Origin: Candidatus Binatia bacterium
GTDB lineage: Bacteria; Desulfobacterota; Binatia; Bin18
Length of the DNA stretch: 64,000 bases
Assembly: GCA_963664395.2 (NCBI GenBank)
Contig: OY761159.2
Coordinates: 2,240,001-2,304,000 of the forward strand
Direction of reading: 5' to 3'
Position 1 is the first letter of the stretch. Each line of letters opens with the position of its first letter. This document shows, piece by piece, positions 19,810 to 30,800 of this stretch. The translations under genes and the position numbers were made by a program. The notes beneath the pieces were generated by a model. That model was given only the letters and a program-made list of their open reading frames with translations, made no database searches and was not told the origin of the DNA.

Positions 19810-19843
19810 AAAAAAGAGGCAGCCCAATAGGGACTGCCTCTTT
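19810..19843. terminator. Intrinsic terminator, probably bidirectional
   Basis: AAAAAAGAGGCAG...CTGCCTCTTT between convergent genes. Confidence 0.75.
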
Positions 19844-19865
19844 GTGCGTGAAAAGGAGTGGATTT

Positions 19866-20351
19866 TTACGCTGCTGCTCGCAGCCGTGGCTGGACGCTGA
19901 TGGGCTGGCGCAACGCGCGTTGTGGAATTTCGACTGGTCGCTCGGCTTTCTGCTTGTTGAGGCCGCGCCGGATATACCCTGGATCAATCCCGAGCACAGA
20001 GCAAATGTTCACAAATGAGAACGGCCATTTGTAGTCATCCGTGAAAAACCATTGCTCCGCTTCCTGTGCGATACGATAGTCACGAAAACACGGTGCCCCA
20101 AACTGTTTCTGAAAGCAATCAATCGCGTCCTCCAGAACAGACTGTATGAGCGCAACTTCTGCGCGGGCGTGGTAGTGCTGACGTGGTGAGCCGTGGAACT
20201 GTTCGGGCAAAACGGCTGCCGGGACGATGGCTTCCCGTTCTGCCAGCCTCCCCCGCTCAAAAAGAAAACGCTGCGCCTTTGTTTCGAGGTCTGATGTTCC
20301 GCGAGAAGAAGCGGCAGCGACTCCGCATAAATCAGTAGATACTGTTTTCAT
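19866..20351 (-). CDS. Conserved hypothetical protein
   Basis: Protein-like motif VLEDAIDCFQK...EAEQWFF...WPFSFVNICSVLGIDPGYIRRGL; GGAG RBS before ATG 20351. Confidence 0.8.
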   Translation of the reverse strand: MKTVSTDLCGVAAASSRGTSDLETKAQRFLFERGRLAEREAIVPAAVLPEQFHGSPRQHYHARAEVALIQSVLEDAIDCFQKQFGAPCFRDYRIAQEAEQWFFTDDYKWPFSFVNICSVLGIDPGYIRRGLNKQKAERPVEIPQRALRQPISVQPRLRAAA

Positions 20352-20572
20352 GTGTTGATCCTCTCCGCTTGCCCCGTGCCTCTCCTCACGTACCGAAAGG
20401 GGCATGCCATCGTTTCTTTGATACCCAACTTTCGATAAGACGTTTCATATTTGTTGAAAATTCATGCTGGTATGCGAGCCGCTCTGGCTCTTGATATCGC
20501 ACCTGAACCGGCTGTTCTTGTTCAGCACATTCGGTACGCCTTGAAGATCACCCTGCAAGGAGCTTCGCGCGC

Positions 20573-20830
20573 ATGACCATACAGACCGCTTTCGCTGACA
20601 GCTCAGCCTGGATTGGCTCCGTTGGTGTTGCCCTATTGCTTGGGGCGTTTTTCCTGAATCTCTTTGGCTGGATGAAAAGCGACTCCAGGACATATCAAGC
20701 GCTCAACGCAATTGGAGCCGGGATAGCCTGCTATGCTTCATATCTGATCGACTTCCTCCCTTTTGTGGTGCTGGAAGGAACCTGGAGCATTGTTGCTGTC
20801 AGTGCGTTTATCCGCAAACGAAACTCGTGA
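20573..20830 (+). CDS. Small membrane protein (CBU_0592-like)
   Basis: IGSVGVALLLGAFFL...YQALNAIGA...PFVVLEGTW; AAGGAG RBS. Confidence 0.8.
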   Translation: MTIQTAFADSSAWIGSVGVALLLGAFFLNLFGWMKSDSRTYQALNAIGAGIACYASYLIDFLPFVVLEGTWSIVAVSAFIRKRNS

Positions 20831-20969
20831 CCACGCTGGGACCGACGGGTGCTGGCACTGCTGAAGTATAGGAAATCAACGCGCCGTTCGGGTGGCCCTA
20901 TGACTTCGCCCCCCTTTCTTGCTAAGCCTCGGACTCTTACTTTACCATTTGGACGAAAGAGGATTGTCT

Positions 20970-21713
20970 ATGGATGGAGAAGCCGCTGGGAAGCGGAAAC
21001 GAGCCACATCGCGTTTTACACGCACCACATTCCTGACCGGACTGCTGATTCTTATTCCTCTGGTTGCGACGTATTTGTTGGTCGCCTTTTTGTTTGACCT
21101 CCTCAGTGGGGCCGGCGCGCCAATCATGAAGACCTTGTTTGGTCCGCTGCAGCAGCTTGAAAGCTTTTGGTGGCTGGAGCCGATTACGCCGGTTGCCAAT
21201 ATTGTCCTGGCCCTGGCTATTATCTTTCTGCTGGGTCTGGTTGGAACGAATTTTATCGGGCGCCGGATTCTGGACGCCGTGAACACTTTGATCCTACGCC
21301 TGCCCCTCATTAGCAGCATCTATAGTGCAGTCAAACAAATGGTGGAGACCTTTCAGGGACCGTCCGGCAGCCTTCAGCGTGTCGTCCTCCTCCAATATCC
21401 GCGCAAGGGTATGTGGGTGATGGGGCTGGTTGCCACGGAACGGGACGACACGCTGGGGCTCTCCTCTGCCCCGCAGCTGCTTGCCGTTTTTATTCCCACT
21501 ACGCCAAACCCAACTTCAGGGTTTCTGGTTATGGTTCCGCCTGAGGAGGTGGTTGAAGTCGATTATACCGTCGAAGAGGCGTTCAAGTTCATTGTCTCCT
21601 CTGGCATTGTTGGCCACCACTTCGTCCGAAAAGCGCTGGTGAGTACCGACATAGCGAGCGTGCCGGACTTGGACGGCGAAAAAGAGGAAGGAGTTCGAGG
21701 AAGGAGCGCATAG
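20970..21713 (+). CDS. DUF502 domain membrane protein
   Basis: FLTGLLILIP, RLPLISSIY, YPRKG, VFIPTTPNPTSGF. Confidence 0.93.
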   Translation: MDGEAAGKRKRATSRFTRTTFLTGLLILIPLVATYLLVAFLFDLLSGAGAPIMKTLFGPLQQLESFWWLEPITPVANIVLALAIIFLLGLVGTNFIGRRILDAVNTLILRLPLISSIYSAVKQMVETFQGPSGSLQRVVLLQYPRKGMWVMGLVATERDDTLGLSSAPQLLAVFIPTTPNPTSGFLVMVPPEEVVEVDYTVEEAFKFIVSSGIVGHHFVRKALVSTDIASVPDLDGEKEEGVRGRSA

Positions 21714-22592
21714 ATGGACAAGATAGTTATCAAAGCCTGTCTGAATGGCGTGCGTGGTCGCGAGCAAAGCCGGAACGTCCCGTGGACGCCACAAGAAGTT
21801 GCGGTCGAGGCCAAGCGTTGCGCGGAGGTGGGCGCGGCCATCGTTCATATCCATGCCCGCACAAATGACGGTGGCATCAGCTATGACCCCGAGTGGTATG
21901 CGGAAGCCGACCGCCTGATTCGGGAACAGACCGATCTTATTATCAATCACACCACCGCGCGCCTGCCAGATGCGTCGATTGATCAGGTGTTGCGCTATCT
22001 GCGTGAAACGCCTGACCCGGTTGATATGATCTCCCTCAACACCGGGAGTATTGCTATCAATACGCCGCTGGTGAATGGCACCCGACAAACGCTGGCGCTT
22101 CCGAACTCCTATGAGGATATTCGCCAGACCATTCTTGTGTGTCGCGAACGCGGCATAGTACCTGAGCCGACCGTCCTCGATACGGGTTTTTTGTCCAATG
22201 TCGCCATGTTTGTAGAAGACGGCCTGCTGCCCGCTCCGCGCTATCTCCTGGTTGAGTTCTCAGGACGATTTGGCGCTGGCTTTCAGATTATGCCGGGCAC
22301 GCCGCGCAGCTATGCTTACATGACTGACTGCGTCAAAGAGGTCTTTCCGAATGCCACCTGGATTGCCCACGGTATGGAGGACAGCGTCTTCACCATTGCC
22401 AGTCTGGCGATTGCCACTGGCGCACATGTCCGGGTGGGTTTCGAGGATCGGGCAACCCGTATTGATGGCTCCGTAGCGAGCAGCAGCGCTGACTACGTTT
22501 CGTGGGTGACCGAGGTCGCCCGGGCACATGGACGCGAACCAGCCACGCCTCAGGAAGCGCGGCAGATTCTTGGCATACCGCAGCATCCATAA
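21714..22592 (+). CDS. 3-keto-5-aminohexanoate cleavage family protein (BKACE, DUF849)
   Basis: ACLNG, VPWTPQE, VHIHAR, HVRVGFED, PATPQEARQIL. Confidence 0.93.
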   Translation: MDKIVIKACLNGVRGREQSRNVPWTPQEVAVEAKRCAEVGAAIVHIHARTNDGGISYDPEWYAEADRLIREQTDLIINHTTARLPDASIDQVLRYLRETPDPVDMISLNTGSIAINTPLVNGTRQTLALPNSYEDIRQTILVCRERGIVPEPTVLDTGFLSNVAMFVEDGLLPAPRYLLVEFSGRFGAGFQIMPGTPRSYAYMTDCVKEVFPNATWIAHGMEDSVFTIASLAIATGAHVRVGFEDRATRIDGSVASSSADYVSWVTEVARAHGREPATPQEARQILGIPQHP

Positions 22593-22626
22593 GAAATCGT
22601 CAGAAATAGTCCGGAAGGTAGAGGAT

Positions 22627-23424
22627 ATGACGACTCCATATTATAAACAGCACTGGATTGAGATCGACGCAGCGCGCCTGTCGGTCTATGAGTCCTTGTT
22701 ACGCTACGAGCCACGCATGGAGCCGCTGCTCGCTCCGCTTGAGCTCCAGGCCGGCCTGTCTGTTCTCGATGTCGGCTCCGGTCCCGGCTCGACCACCCTG
22801 GAACTGGGGCGACGGGTCGGTCCCGCAGGGACGGTCGTTGGGGTTGATATTAACGCCGAGTTTGTTGCCCGGGCCGGTGTGAAAGCCCTGGAAGCCGGCC
22901 TCCCGCAGGTGCGCTTTCAGCAAGCCGACTTTCCTCCCTTGCCCTTTGAGGCTGGGACGTTTGAGCGGGTCTTGTGTAAAAACGTCCTCGAATACGTAGA
23001 CTCCGCCCAGCAGACCGTCCAAGACATTGCGCGTGTCACTCAGCCGGGTGGAATCATTGTGCTCATCGATAGTGACTGGGAGATGCTCGCCCTGGACGTG
23101 AGTGATGAAGCCTTACACGACCGCGTGCTCGGAGCGATCACAACGACCGCCATGCGCGAGCCGCGTATTGGACGCAAGCTGCGCCGGTTGTGTACGCTCG
23201 CCAAGCTCCAAGACATCCGGGTAAAAATATTTGCCAGTCCGGATGTTAAAGGCCATGCCATGCGTATGCTGGAGAATAACTGGTACCAGTACGCCTGCGA
23301 CTCGGGCAAAGTGACCCAGGCTGAGGCTGACGCTTGGCGAGAAGACGTTCGTTTGCGGCTGAAGAACGAAGAATATTGTTTCTGTTTGCCGCAGTTTGTG
23401 GTGTCCGCGCGAAAAGCGGTGTGA
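22627..23424 (+). CDS. Class I SAM-dependent methyltransferase
   Basis: VLDVGSGPG, GVDIN, LPFEAGTFE, PGG, DSDW. Confidence 0.92.
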   Translation: MTTPYYKQHWIEIDAARLSVYESLLRYEPRMEPLLAPLELQAGLSVLDVGSGPGSTTLELGRRVGPAGTVVGVDINAEFVARAGVKALEAGLPQVRFQQADFPPLPFEAGTFERVLCKNVLEYVDSAQQTVQDIARVTQPGGIIVLIDSDWEMLALDVSDEALHDRVLGAITTTAMREPRIGRKLRRLCTLAKLQDIRVKIFASPDVKGHAMRMLENNWYQYACDSGKVTQAEADAWREDVRLRLKNEEYCFCLPQFVVSARKAV

Positions 23425-23491
23425 CGGACAGGCCAGGGGAGAAAGCGAGGTAGCCGGGATGCTACCTCGCTTTCTGACTCAGCGGAGCGGG

Positions 23492-25006
23492 TTATCGTTC
23501 TTGCCAGGGCATCTGCTTTTCAAAGGCATGACCGGCACGCAAGAGGGTGGCGTCATCAAAATGGCGTCCAGTCAGCATGAGGCCGACCGGCAGACCGTCA
23601 ACCTTCCCACAGGGAACAGTGAGCGACGGATGACCAGTCATATTAAACGGTGCCGTGTTGCCGAGCATATTCCAGCCGAATTGCAGCGAGTCGAACGCCC
23701 CCATATTGGGAACATAGCGATGGGCCGTCATCGGCGTTGTTGGCATCACAAGGATGTCGAAGCGTTCGAGGACCTGATCGTATGCGGCTTGGAGGACGCG
23801 ACGTTGGTTTTGGGCCTTGGCGTACAAACGGCCATAATAGGCCTGGTTCAGATAACTGCCGACCAGGGTCACAAATTTGGCCTGGTGGGGCAGGTCCTGG
23901 GCCTGGGCTTTGAGCGACTTGCCCAAGGTGTTCATCAGGCTCTCATTGTATAACCCCTTCCAGTGGTAGCCGACACCGTTGCCATATACCAAAGCCGTCA
24001 TCCCCTCAGCAATTAAGGCCCAGGTAATCCCACCGGCTTCAAGATGGGCCGGAATCGAGACTTCTTCTGCCTGCGCCCCAATGTCTTGCAAAGCGTTGAC
24101 GGCTGCATGGACCTTGGTGTCAACATCCGGCTGTGACACGGGTGTCCCAAACCCTTCTTTGACGACCCCCAACCGAAGGCCCTGGATGCTCTGCCCCAGG
24201 ACTTGCGTGTAGGGCTGCACCGGAACCTCGTCTTGGCGTGGGTCCAGCGGATCTTTACCAGCAATGACTTCAAGCAGCAGGGCGGTGTCTGCCACGGTCT
24301 CCGTCATCGGACCGGTGTGGTCGAAGGTGTTATCGATCCCGACGATGCCGGTGTATGGAACGAGGCTATGGGTTGGCTTAAGCCCCACGACGCCGCACCA
24401 GGATGCTGGAATGCGAATGGAGCCACCCTGGTCCCCGCCGATAGTCAGGTCAATGTCAGCGTACGACAGTGCGGCCCCAGAGCCGCCGGACGAACCGCCG
24501 GCCATATGGTCGGGATTATGCTGATTGCGGGTCGGGCCGTAGGCGCTGGTATGGCCGCCACCCGAGAAGGCAAAATTGTCCATGTTCAGGACTGCGGTAA
24601 TCTCGCCGCCGGCATCAAGGATGCGGGTGATAATAGTGGCATCAATGTCCGGCACATAGCCGCTCAGCACCAGGGAGGCACACGTCATGGGAATACCGGC
24701 AATACTCACGTTGTCCTTAATGCCCAGGCGCTTCCCGGCCAGCTTGCCCGAGGGCGCGCCCTTGATTGAGCAACGCCGGACTATGGCGTTGAGCGGATCG
24801 TCTGCACGGCTCGGACGGTTGCCGGACTCACGCTCACGATAGGTAATCTCCGGCAGGTTTGCGGGTGCCTGATCGAGTGCGTCCAGGGCGGCAAACATAT
24901 CCGGTAGCATAGCTTCATACGCCTCAGCCTCTTCCGCACTCAATTCAAAATGGTTGGCGTGAGCCAAACGATGGAGATCGTCTTTGGTCGGTTTGCGCAA
25001 TGTCAT
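23492..25006 (-). CDS. Amidase (amidase-signature family)
   Basis: IKDN, GGSSGGSG, GGDQGGSIRIPASWCGVVGLKPT. Confidence 0.96.
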   Translation of the reverse strand: MTLRKPTKDDLHRLAHANHFELSAEEAEAYEAMLPDMFAALDALDQAPANLPEITYRERESGNRPSRADDPLNAIVRRCSIKGAPSGKLAGKRLGIKDNVSIAGIPMTCASLVLSGYVPDIDATIITRILDAGGEITAVLNMDNFAFSGGGHTSAYGPTRNQHNPDHMAGGSSGGSGAALSYADIDLTIGGDQGGSIRIPASWCGVVGLKPTHSLVPYTGIVGIDNTFDHTGPMTETVADTALLLEVIAGKDPLDPRQDEVPVQPYTQVLGQSIQGLRLGVVKEGFGTPVSQPDVDTKVHAAVNALQDIGAQAEEVSIPAHLEAGGITWALIAEGMTALVYGNGVGYHWKGLYNESLMNTLGKSLKAQAQDLPHQAKFVTLVGSYLNQAYYGRLYAKAQNQRRVLQAAYDQVLERFDILVMPTTPMTAHRYVPNMGAFDSLQFGWNMLGNTAPFNMTGHPSLTVPCGKVDGLPVGLMLTGRHFDDATLLRAGHAFEKQMPWQER

Positions 25007-25241
25007 ACTGTCCTCCCTTTCGTGGTGTATTCTTTCCTCTGGACATGACATACCGAGGCGGACTTTGTCTACCTGTATTACCTCCGCTCAGTTTGGGAGA
25101 ACAAGCTGTTTGAGAAAGAAATCTTTGAAATCTTTGCTGGATAGGCTGTCAAATAGTATGCTAGAAAACCGGACAGACCCGTTCTCTGACAGTCCTTCTC
25201 GAATATGAGAATCAAGTTCAGTAAACGAAAGGATTCTGGAC

Positions 25242-26396
25242 ATGCCACTGTCCCACATCCACGTGATTGACCTGACCCGCGCCCGTGCCGGGCCGACCTG
25301 CGTGCGCCAGTTGGCCGATATGGGTGCTCAGGTGATAAAAGTCGAACACCCCCAAGACGAGGGCGAATGGGGCCGGCACGGTTTTGATTTTCAGAACCTG
25401 CACCGCAATAAGCGCTGCATGGTGCTTGATCTGAAGGACGAGCGCGGCACGCAGATTTTGAAACAGCTCGTCAAAAAATCGGACGTGTTGGTGGAGAATT
25501 ATCGGCCGAATGTCAAAAAGCGGCTCGGCATAGACTATGCGTCTCTCAGGCCGCTGAACCCGCGTCTCGTCTATGCCAGCATATCCGGCTTTGGACAGAC
25601 CGGGCCGTATAAAGATCGCCCCGGCTATGACCAGGTTGCCCAAGGACTGGGCGGACTCATGAGTATTACCGGACAGCCGGGCGGCGGACCTGTCCGCGCC
25701 GGGATTCCGGTGGCGGACCTGAGCGCCGGACTGCTTGCCGCACAGGGTATTTTGGTCGCACTCCTCGAACGCGAACGGTCCGGCGAAGGCCAGTGGGTCC
25801 ATACCTCACTGCTGGAGGCCATGGTCTCCATGCTCGACTTTCAGGCGACACGCTGGCTCATGGGCAAAGAAGTACCGCCGCAGGCCGGCAATAATCATCC
25901 AACCGTGATTCCCACCGGAACCTTCAAAGTCAAAGATGGGCACATCAATATTGCGACCACCAACCACATGTGGAAGCGGTTGTGTGTGGCGCTGGGTGAT
26001 GCAGCCTTAGCCGAAGACGAACGTTTTTCCTCTCCGGGCCGGCGCTCGAAAAACCGAGATGCGCTGACCCCAATTCTTGAAGAAAAACTCAAAGATAAGA
26101 CCGCGGACGAATGGATTGATGAACTGAACGCGGCCGGCATTCCGTGCGGCCCCATTTTGTCTATTGATAAGGTTTTTGACAATGAACAGGTCCGGCATCT
26201 CGGGCTGGCACATGCGATTGAACACCCGGCGCTCGGGTCTATCGAGATTCTGGGTCGCCCTGTGACGCTGAGTCGGACCCCGGCGAGCATTCGCACGCCG
26301 ACCGCGGAGAAAGGCGAGCATACAGACGAAATTTTGAAAGAACTGGGGGTGAGTGAGGAAGAGATTGGGCAGCTCCGCAAGGATGCGGTGATCTAA
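25242..26396 (+). CDS. Class III CoA-transferase (CaiB/BaiF/Frc family)
   Basis: LADMGAQVIKVE, RNKR, DVLVENYRP, SISGFGQTGP, GEHTDEIL. Confidence 0.95.
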   Translation: MPLSHIHVIDLTRARAGPTCVRQLADMGAQVIKVEHPQDEGEWGRHGFDFQNLHRNKRCMVLDLKDERGTQILKQLVKKSDVLVENYRPNVKKRLGIDYASLRPLNPRLVYASISGFGQTGPYKDRPGYDQVAQGLGGLMSITGQPGGGPVRAGIPVADLSAGLLAAQGILVALLERERSGEGQWVHTSLLEAMVSMLDFQATRWLMGKEVPPQAGNNHPTVIPTGTFKVKDGHINIATTNHMWKRLCVALGDAALAEDERFSSPGRRSKNRDALTPILEEKLKDKTADEWIDELNAAGIPCGPILSIDKVFDNEQVRHLGLAHAIEHPALGSIEILGRPVTLSRTPASIRTPTAEKGEHTDEILKELGVSEEEIGQLRKDAVI

Positions 26397-26438
26397 AAAC
26401 GCAGCAAAAGATGGGAGCCTGCCGGCAGGTCCGGCGCC

Positions 26439-26678
26439 CTACTTGAACGCATGAAAGGTCAAGATGGTGAACGTCTCCCGAATATGAGGGATTTTCTGGA
26501 TCTGCTCAGTCACTAAATGCGAGAGATCCTCAAAGTCATCGACATACAGCTTGACCATCAGGTCATACGCCCCCGAGATGGAGTACGCCTCAGAGAAGCT
26601 TTCCAAATCGGTCATCCGGTCCGCGACTTCGGCCAAGGTGCCCGGTTCAACTTTCAGCATTAAAAAAATGGCCCGCAT
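26439..26678 (-). CDS. Stand-alone Lrp/AsnC ligand-binding domain protein
   Basis: 79 aa, AYSISGAYDLMVK...IRETFT, no HTH. Confidence 0.88.
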   Translation of the reverse strand: MRAIFLMLKVEPGTLAEVADRMTDLESFSEAYSISGAYDLMVKLYVDDFEDLSHLVTEQIQKIPHIRETFTILTFHAFK

Positions 26679-26759
26679 AGTTTTTCTCCTGCTCGGTTGG
26701 CTCCCGTCTCCAAAGAGTAAACGTGTCCCACTTTCTCACTGGGGATTGGCTGGATACGG

Positions 26760-27134
26760 TTACTCTTCACAGCGGTAGCGAATCCAGTAGTAATTCCTGA
26801 CTATCTTGGCGTTCTGCTGTACGCCGTCTTGCTGTTGTACCTCCTTTTCTTCAGACTTTTCTCCCTCATTGACCATCTGATAATGGGGGCAGTCGCTCTC
26901 GATGCTGGCCAATAATTCTGTTCTCACTTCTTGCTTGGGACGACTCCCAAGCGGCTTCATCCCATCCCAATCCAGTTCAAAGCGGGCAAATTCCATGCGC
27001 TTGGCCCGAATTGGCGAGTCGGTCGCGGGCTTGGCACTCAAAAACGGCACCGAGAGCGTAGGGGTCTGTGTCGAACCACACGCCAGGGTGAAAAGGATGC
27101 TCACAGCGAGGACGTACCATACAGGCTTTTGCAT
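26760..27134 (-). CDS. Hypothetical lipoprotein
   Basis: Signal peptide with TLAC lipobox. Confidence 0.75.
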   Translation of the reverse strand: MQKPVWYVLAVSILFTLACGSTQTPTLSVPFLSAKPATDSPIRAKRMEFARFELDWDGMKPLGSRPKQEVRTELLASIESDCPHYQMVNEGEKSEEKEVQQQDGVQQNAKIVRNYYWIRYRCEE

Positions 27135-27294
27135 ACTATTTCCCTCTCCAAGAGTCGTCCCGCACAACCTGCCTACAAACCATCACCGCCAGGAGACAGA
27201 GTTGTACCATGAGCCGCTACCACTCTGCCAGCGTCTTGCGGGTGAGGTGCCCGTCCCTTGCGTCTCCGTGCCTTCTCCAATATAGCGGCAGCAT

Positions 27295-27714
27295 ATGGAA
27301 GCAGCGCTCGAAGATCTCCTCAATCGACTTTTGGAAGCGGAACGTGCGGGTCATACGCTTCTTGATACGTTGAGTCAGACAAGCGTCGATTCAGGCCTCA
27401 CATCGTTATTTGCCAGCTTCACAGAAGTTGAGGTCAGCGATGTGTCTATCCTGGAGGGATTAATCCGGCTGCATGGTGGTACGCCGTCAACTGCAACTGG
27501 TGATTTTGCTCAAAAAGTCCTCCAGGTTGAGAACCTCCAGGACCAGCTTGACCTCCTCTCACGCGGTCAGGCGTGGGTCGCTCGCACAGTTGAACAAGCG
27601 CTCGATTTACAACCTCCTCCAGATATCGCGGCCTTTCTCAAGGAGATGGCGAATCGTCATCGACACAATGTGGAATGGGCACGCGCAGAAGCCATACGAA
27701 TCCTTGAGCAATAA
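27295..27714 (+). CDS. Ferritin-like fold protein (DUF6306-like)
   Basis: LNRLLEAERAG, TGDF, LLSRGQAWV, LKEMANRH. Confidence 0.75.
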   Translation: MEAALEDLLNRLLEAERAGHTLLDTLSQTSVDSGLTSLFASFTEVEVSDVSILEGLIRLHGGTPSTATGDFAQKVLQVENLQDQLDLLSRGQAWVARTVEQALDLQPPPDIAAFLKEMANRHRHNVEWARAEAIRILEQ

Positions 27715-27865
27715 AACGACCAGGCGACTGCCCTTGCTGCTGTGCGGCGTGGCTCTTGTCCAATTCCTGAGCCTGGAGGCGACCATTCCCCTTGATGCGG
27801 CTGTCTACCAGTGGTTGCAGTCGGGCCGGCGGACCGTAGCTTTCCACTCCGTACAGCTTTTGTAA
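27704..27865 (+). pseudogene. Truncated 5' part of a membrane protein gene
   Basis: TTG overlapping the upstream stop, a hydrophobic helix then LDAAVYQWLQS, ending 11 bp before the R-M gene. Confidence 0.4.
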
Positions 27866-27876
27866 GAGGTGCTTAA

Positions 27877-30800
27877 TTGGCCGCTCAACCAAAACCGAAG
27901 GATATCAAGGACTACTACGCCGCTCTCGAAGCGTACGAGAAGCAGGGCGTGACGCACGAGGGAGCGCTGCGGTCCGCGTTTCAGAATCTGCTGGCCGAAA
28001 CCGGTCGGCGGACCGGCTGGACCCTCATTCCAGAATTGCCGAGCGGTTCTATCCGACCTGACGGAACCTTTCGTGATGAGTACTATTTGAATCGTGGATA
28101 CTGGGAGGCCAAAGACACCAACGACAACCTTGAGACCGAAATCCAGAAGAAAATAGCTAAAGGCTATCCGCTCACAAACACTATCTTTGAAGATACCCAA
28201 CGCGCCACCCTGTACCAGAACGGGCAGGTTGCCATGCAGGTTGACCTGACCAAGCAAGAGCAAATCAGCAACCTGCTCATCACTTTTTTCTCCTACACCG
28301 AACCCGCGCACGAAGACTTCAGCAGCGCGGTGGACGACTTCAAGCAGCGTGTGCCCGACCTGGCTCGCGGCTTGGTGCATATCATTCAGGATGCCCATGC
28401 TACGAATGCGGCGTTTCAGCAAGCGTTTACGAGCTTCTTTGCCCTGTGTCGTGAGTCGCTGAACCCCAACCTGAGTAAGGTTGCGGTTGATGAAATGCTG
28501 GTGCAGCACCTGCTGACCGAGCGGCTGATTCGGACGATCTTCGACAGTCAGGATTTCATTCGCCGCAATGTGATTGCGCGTGAGGTGGAAACGGTTATCG
28601 ACGCGCTGGTCAGCAAAGCCTTTAACCGGCACGAATTTCTCAAATCCCTCGACACCTTTTATCTGGCTATCGAGTCCGCGGCCAAAACAATCGAGAATTT
28701 CAGCGAGAAACAACACTTCCTGAACGCCGTCTACGAGCGCTTCTTTCAGGGCTACTCGATCAAGGCCGCCGACACGCTCGGCATTGTCTACACTCCGCAA
28801 GAGATTGTGGATTTCATGTGTGCGAGCGTGGAGCAGGTGTTGCAAGACGAGTTCGGCAAGACCCTCAGCGACACAAGCGTGAACATTCTTGACCCGTGCA
28901 CGGGAACGGGGAACTTCATTGTGAACCTGCTGCGCCGTATTCCCAAGCGCGACCTCAAACGCATGTACACCCAGCAGTTGTTCGCCAACGAAGTCATGCT
29001 GCTGCCGTACTATATTGCCGCGCTTAATATCGAGCATGCCTATTACGAACGTACCGGCGAGTATAAACGGTTCGACGGCCTATGCTTTGTGGATACGCTC
29101 GAACTGGCAGAGGACAGCGAACAACAATTTGCGTTTATGACCGAGGAGAACACCGCGCGGGTGGAACGTCAAAAGACCGCCCCCATTACGGTCATCATCG
29201 GCAATCCGCCCTATAACGTGGGGCAGATTAACGAAAACGACAATAACAAGAACCGGAAGTATAAGGTCATCGAGAAGCAAATCCGGGATACATACGCGAA
29301 AGATTCCAGAGCCAGCAACGTAAACAAGCTATCCGATGCCTACGTGAAGTTTTTTCGCTGGGCTGTCGAGCGTCTGGAAAAGCGAGATGGCATTGTCTGC
29401 TTTGTGACCAATAACAGTTTCGTGGACCAAATAGCCTTTGATGGAATGAGGAAAAACCTCCTTCAGGATTTCACAAAAATTTATCATACTGACCTGCACG
29501 GAAACGTTCGTAAAAACCCCAAGCTCAGCGGCACGACTCACAACGTGTTTGGTATTCAGGTCGGTGTCGGTATTACGGTTGCAGTTCGCAATGCTCAACA
29601 TTCGAGTCGCACTCTTCAATACCATCGCGTCCCTGAAGATTGGCGGAAAGAAGAAAAGCTCTCTTGGTTAGCAAAAAAGCAGCATGTTGCGACCGTTGAA
29701 TGGCGGACTCTACAACCGGATGCGAACCATACCTGGCTCCTTCCTTCACACACTGACGAGTTTCGAGCGATGCTCCCCATCGGGAGCCGAGAAGCAAAGG
29801 CGAACAAAGGAACAAACGAAGAGGCGATTTTCAAAATTTTCTCCATCGGGGTGAATACCAACCGGGATGCGTGGGTATATTGTTTTGATAAAGGGCAACT
29901 GGACGATCAAGTCCAAAGGAGCATTGAAACATACAACGGCGAGATTGACCGTTGGAATCGAGCAAAGAGGCCGAAGGATGTTGACGGCTTCGTCGTCAAC
30001 GATGAATCAAAAATCAAGTGGAGCAGCCGGCTTAAAGAGACATTTGCGCGCGGCATATATGCAGAGTTCGACGTGGAGAAAGTTCGGGATGCACTTTACC
30101 GGCCTTTCACAAAACGTTTCTTATTCTTCGATTCTGTAATGAATCATCGTCGGGCATTATTTCCAGACATTTTTCCGAATCCCGTCACGGAAGAAGAGAA
30201 TAAGGCTATTTGTCTCACGGGAATAGGCTCCGAGAAGCCCTTCATGGTACTGGTTAGCAATCAACTCTTAGATTTACACCTGGTAGGAGCTGGGGCTGGG
30301 ACACAAGCCTTTCCCTTTTACATGTATAGCCAAGAGGGAAGTAACAAGCGTGAAAACATCACCGACTGGTCACTCAAACAGTTTCAGGAGCATTACCGGA
30401 ATCCGAGCATCACAAAGTGGGATATTTTCTATTACGTGTATGGGTTTCTTCACCATCCCGGCTACCGAGAAAAGTTCGCCGACAATCTGAAACGTGAGCT
30501 CCCGCGCATTCCGTTCGCCCCGGACTTTCAGGCATTTACGTCCGCCGGCAAGCAGCTTGCCCGGCTGCATCTCGAATACGAAGCCCTTGAGCCGTATGAC
30601 CTGCAATGGATTGAATCGGACGACGTGCCGCTCTCGTACCGCGTAGACCGTATGAAGCTCAGCAAAGACAAGACCGCCCTTATAGTCAACGACTCGCTCA
30701 CCCTGGCCGGGATTCCCCCGGACGTGTTCGCCTATCGTCTCGGCAACCGCAGCGCCCTGGAGTGGGTCATCGACCAATACCGCCTCAAGACCGACAAACG

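Noticed and set aside
20395-20412. Sigma54 promoter (TGGCATG-N4-TTTCG on the minus strand)
   Set aside because: The invariant -12 GC is missing.
27805-29037. Long antisense ORFs (also 32816-33793, 36223-37167, 56253-57293)
   Set aside because: Shadow frames of well-supported genes in GC-rich DNA, with no motifs of their own.
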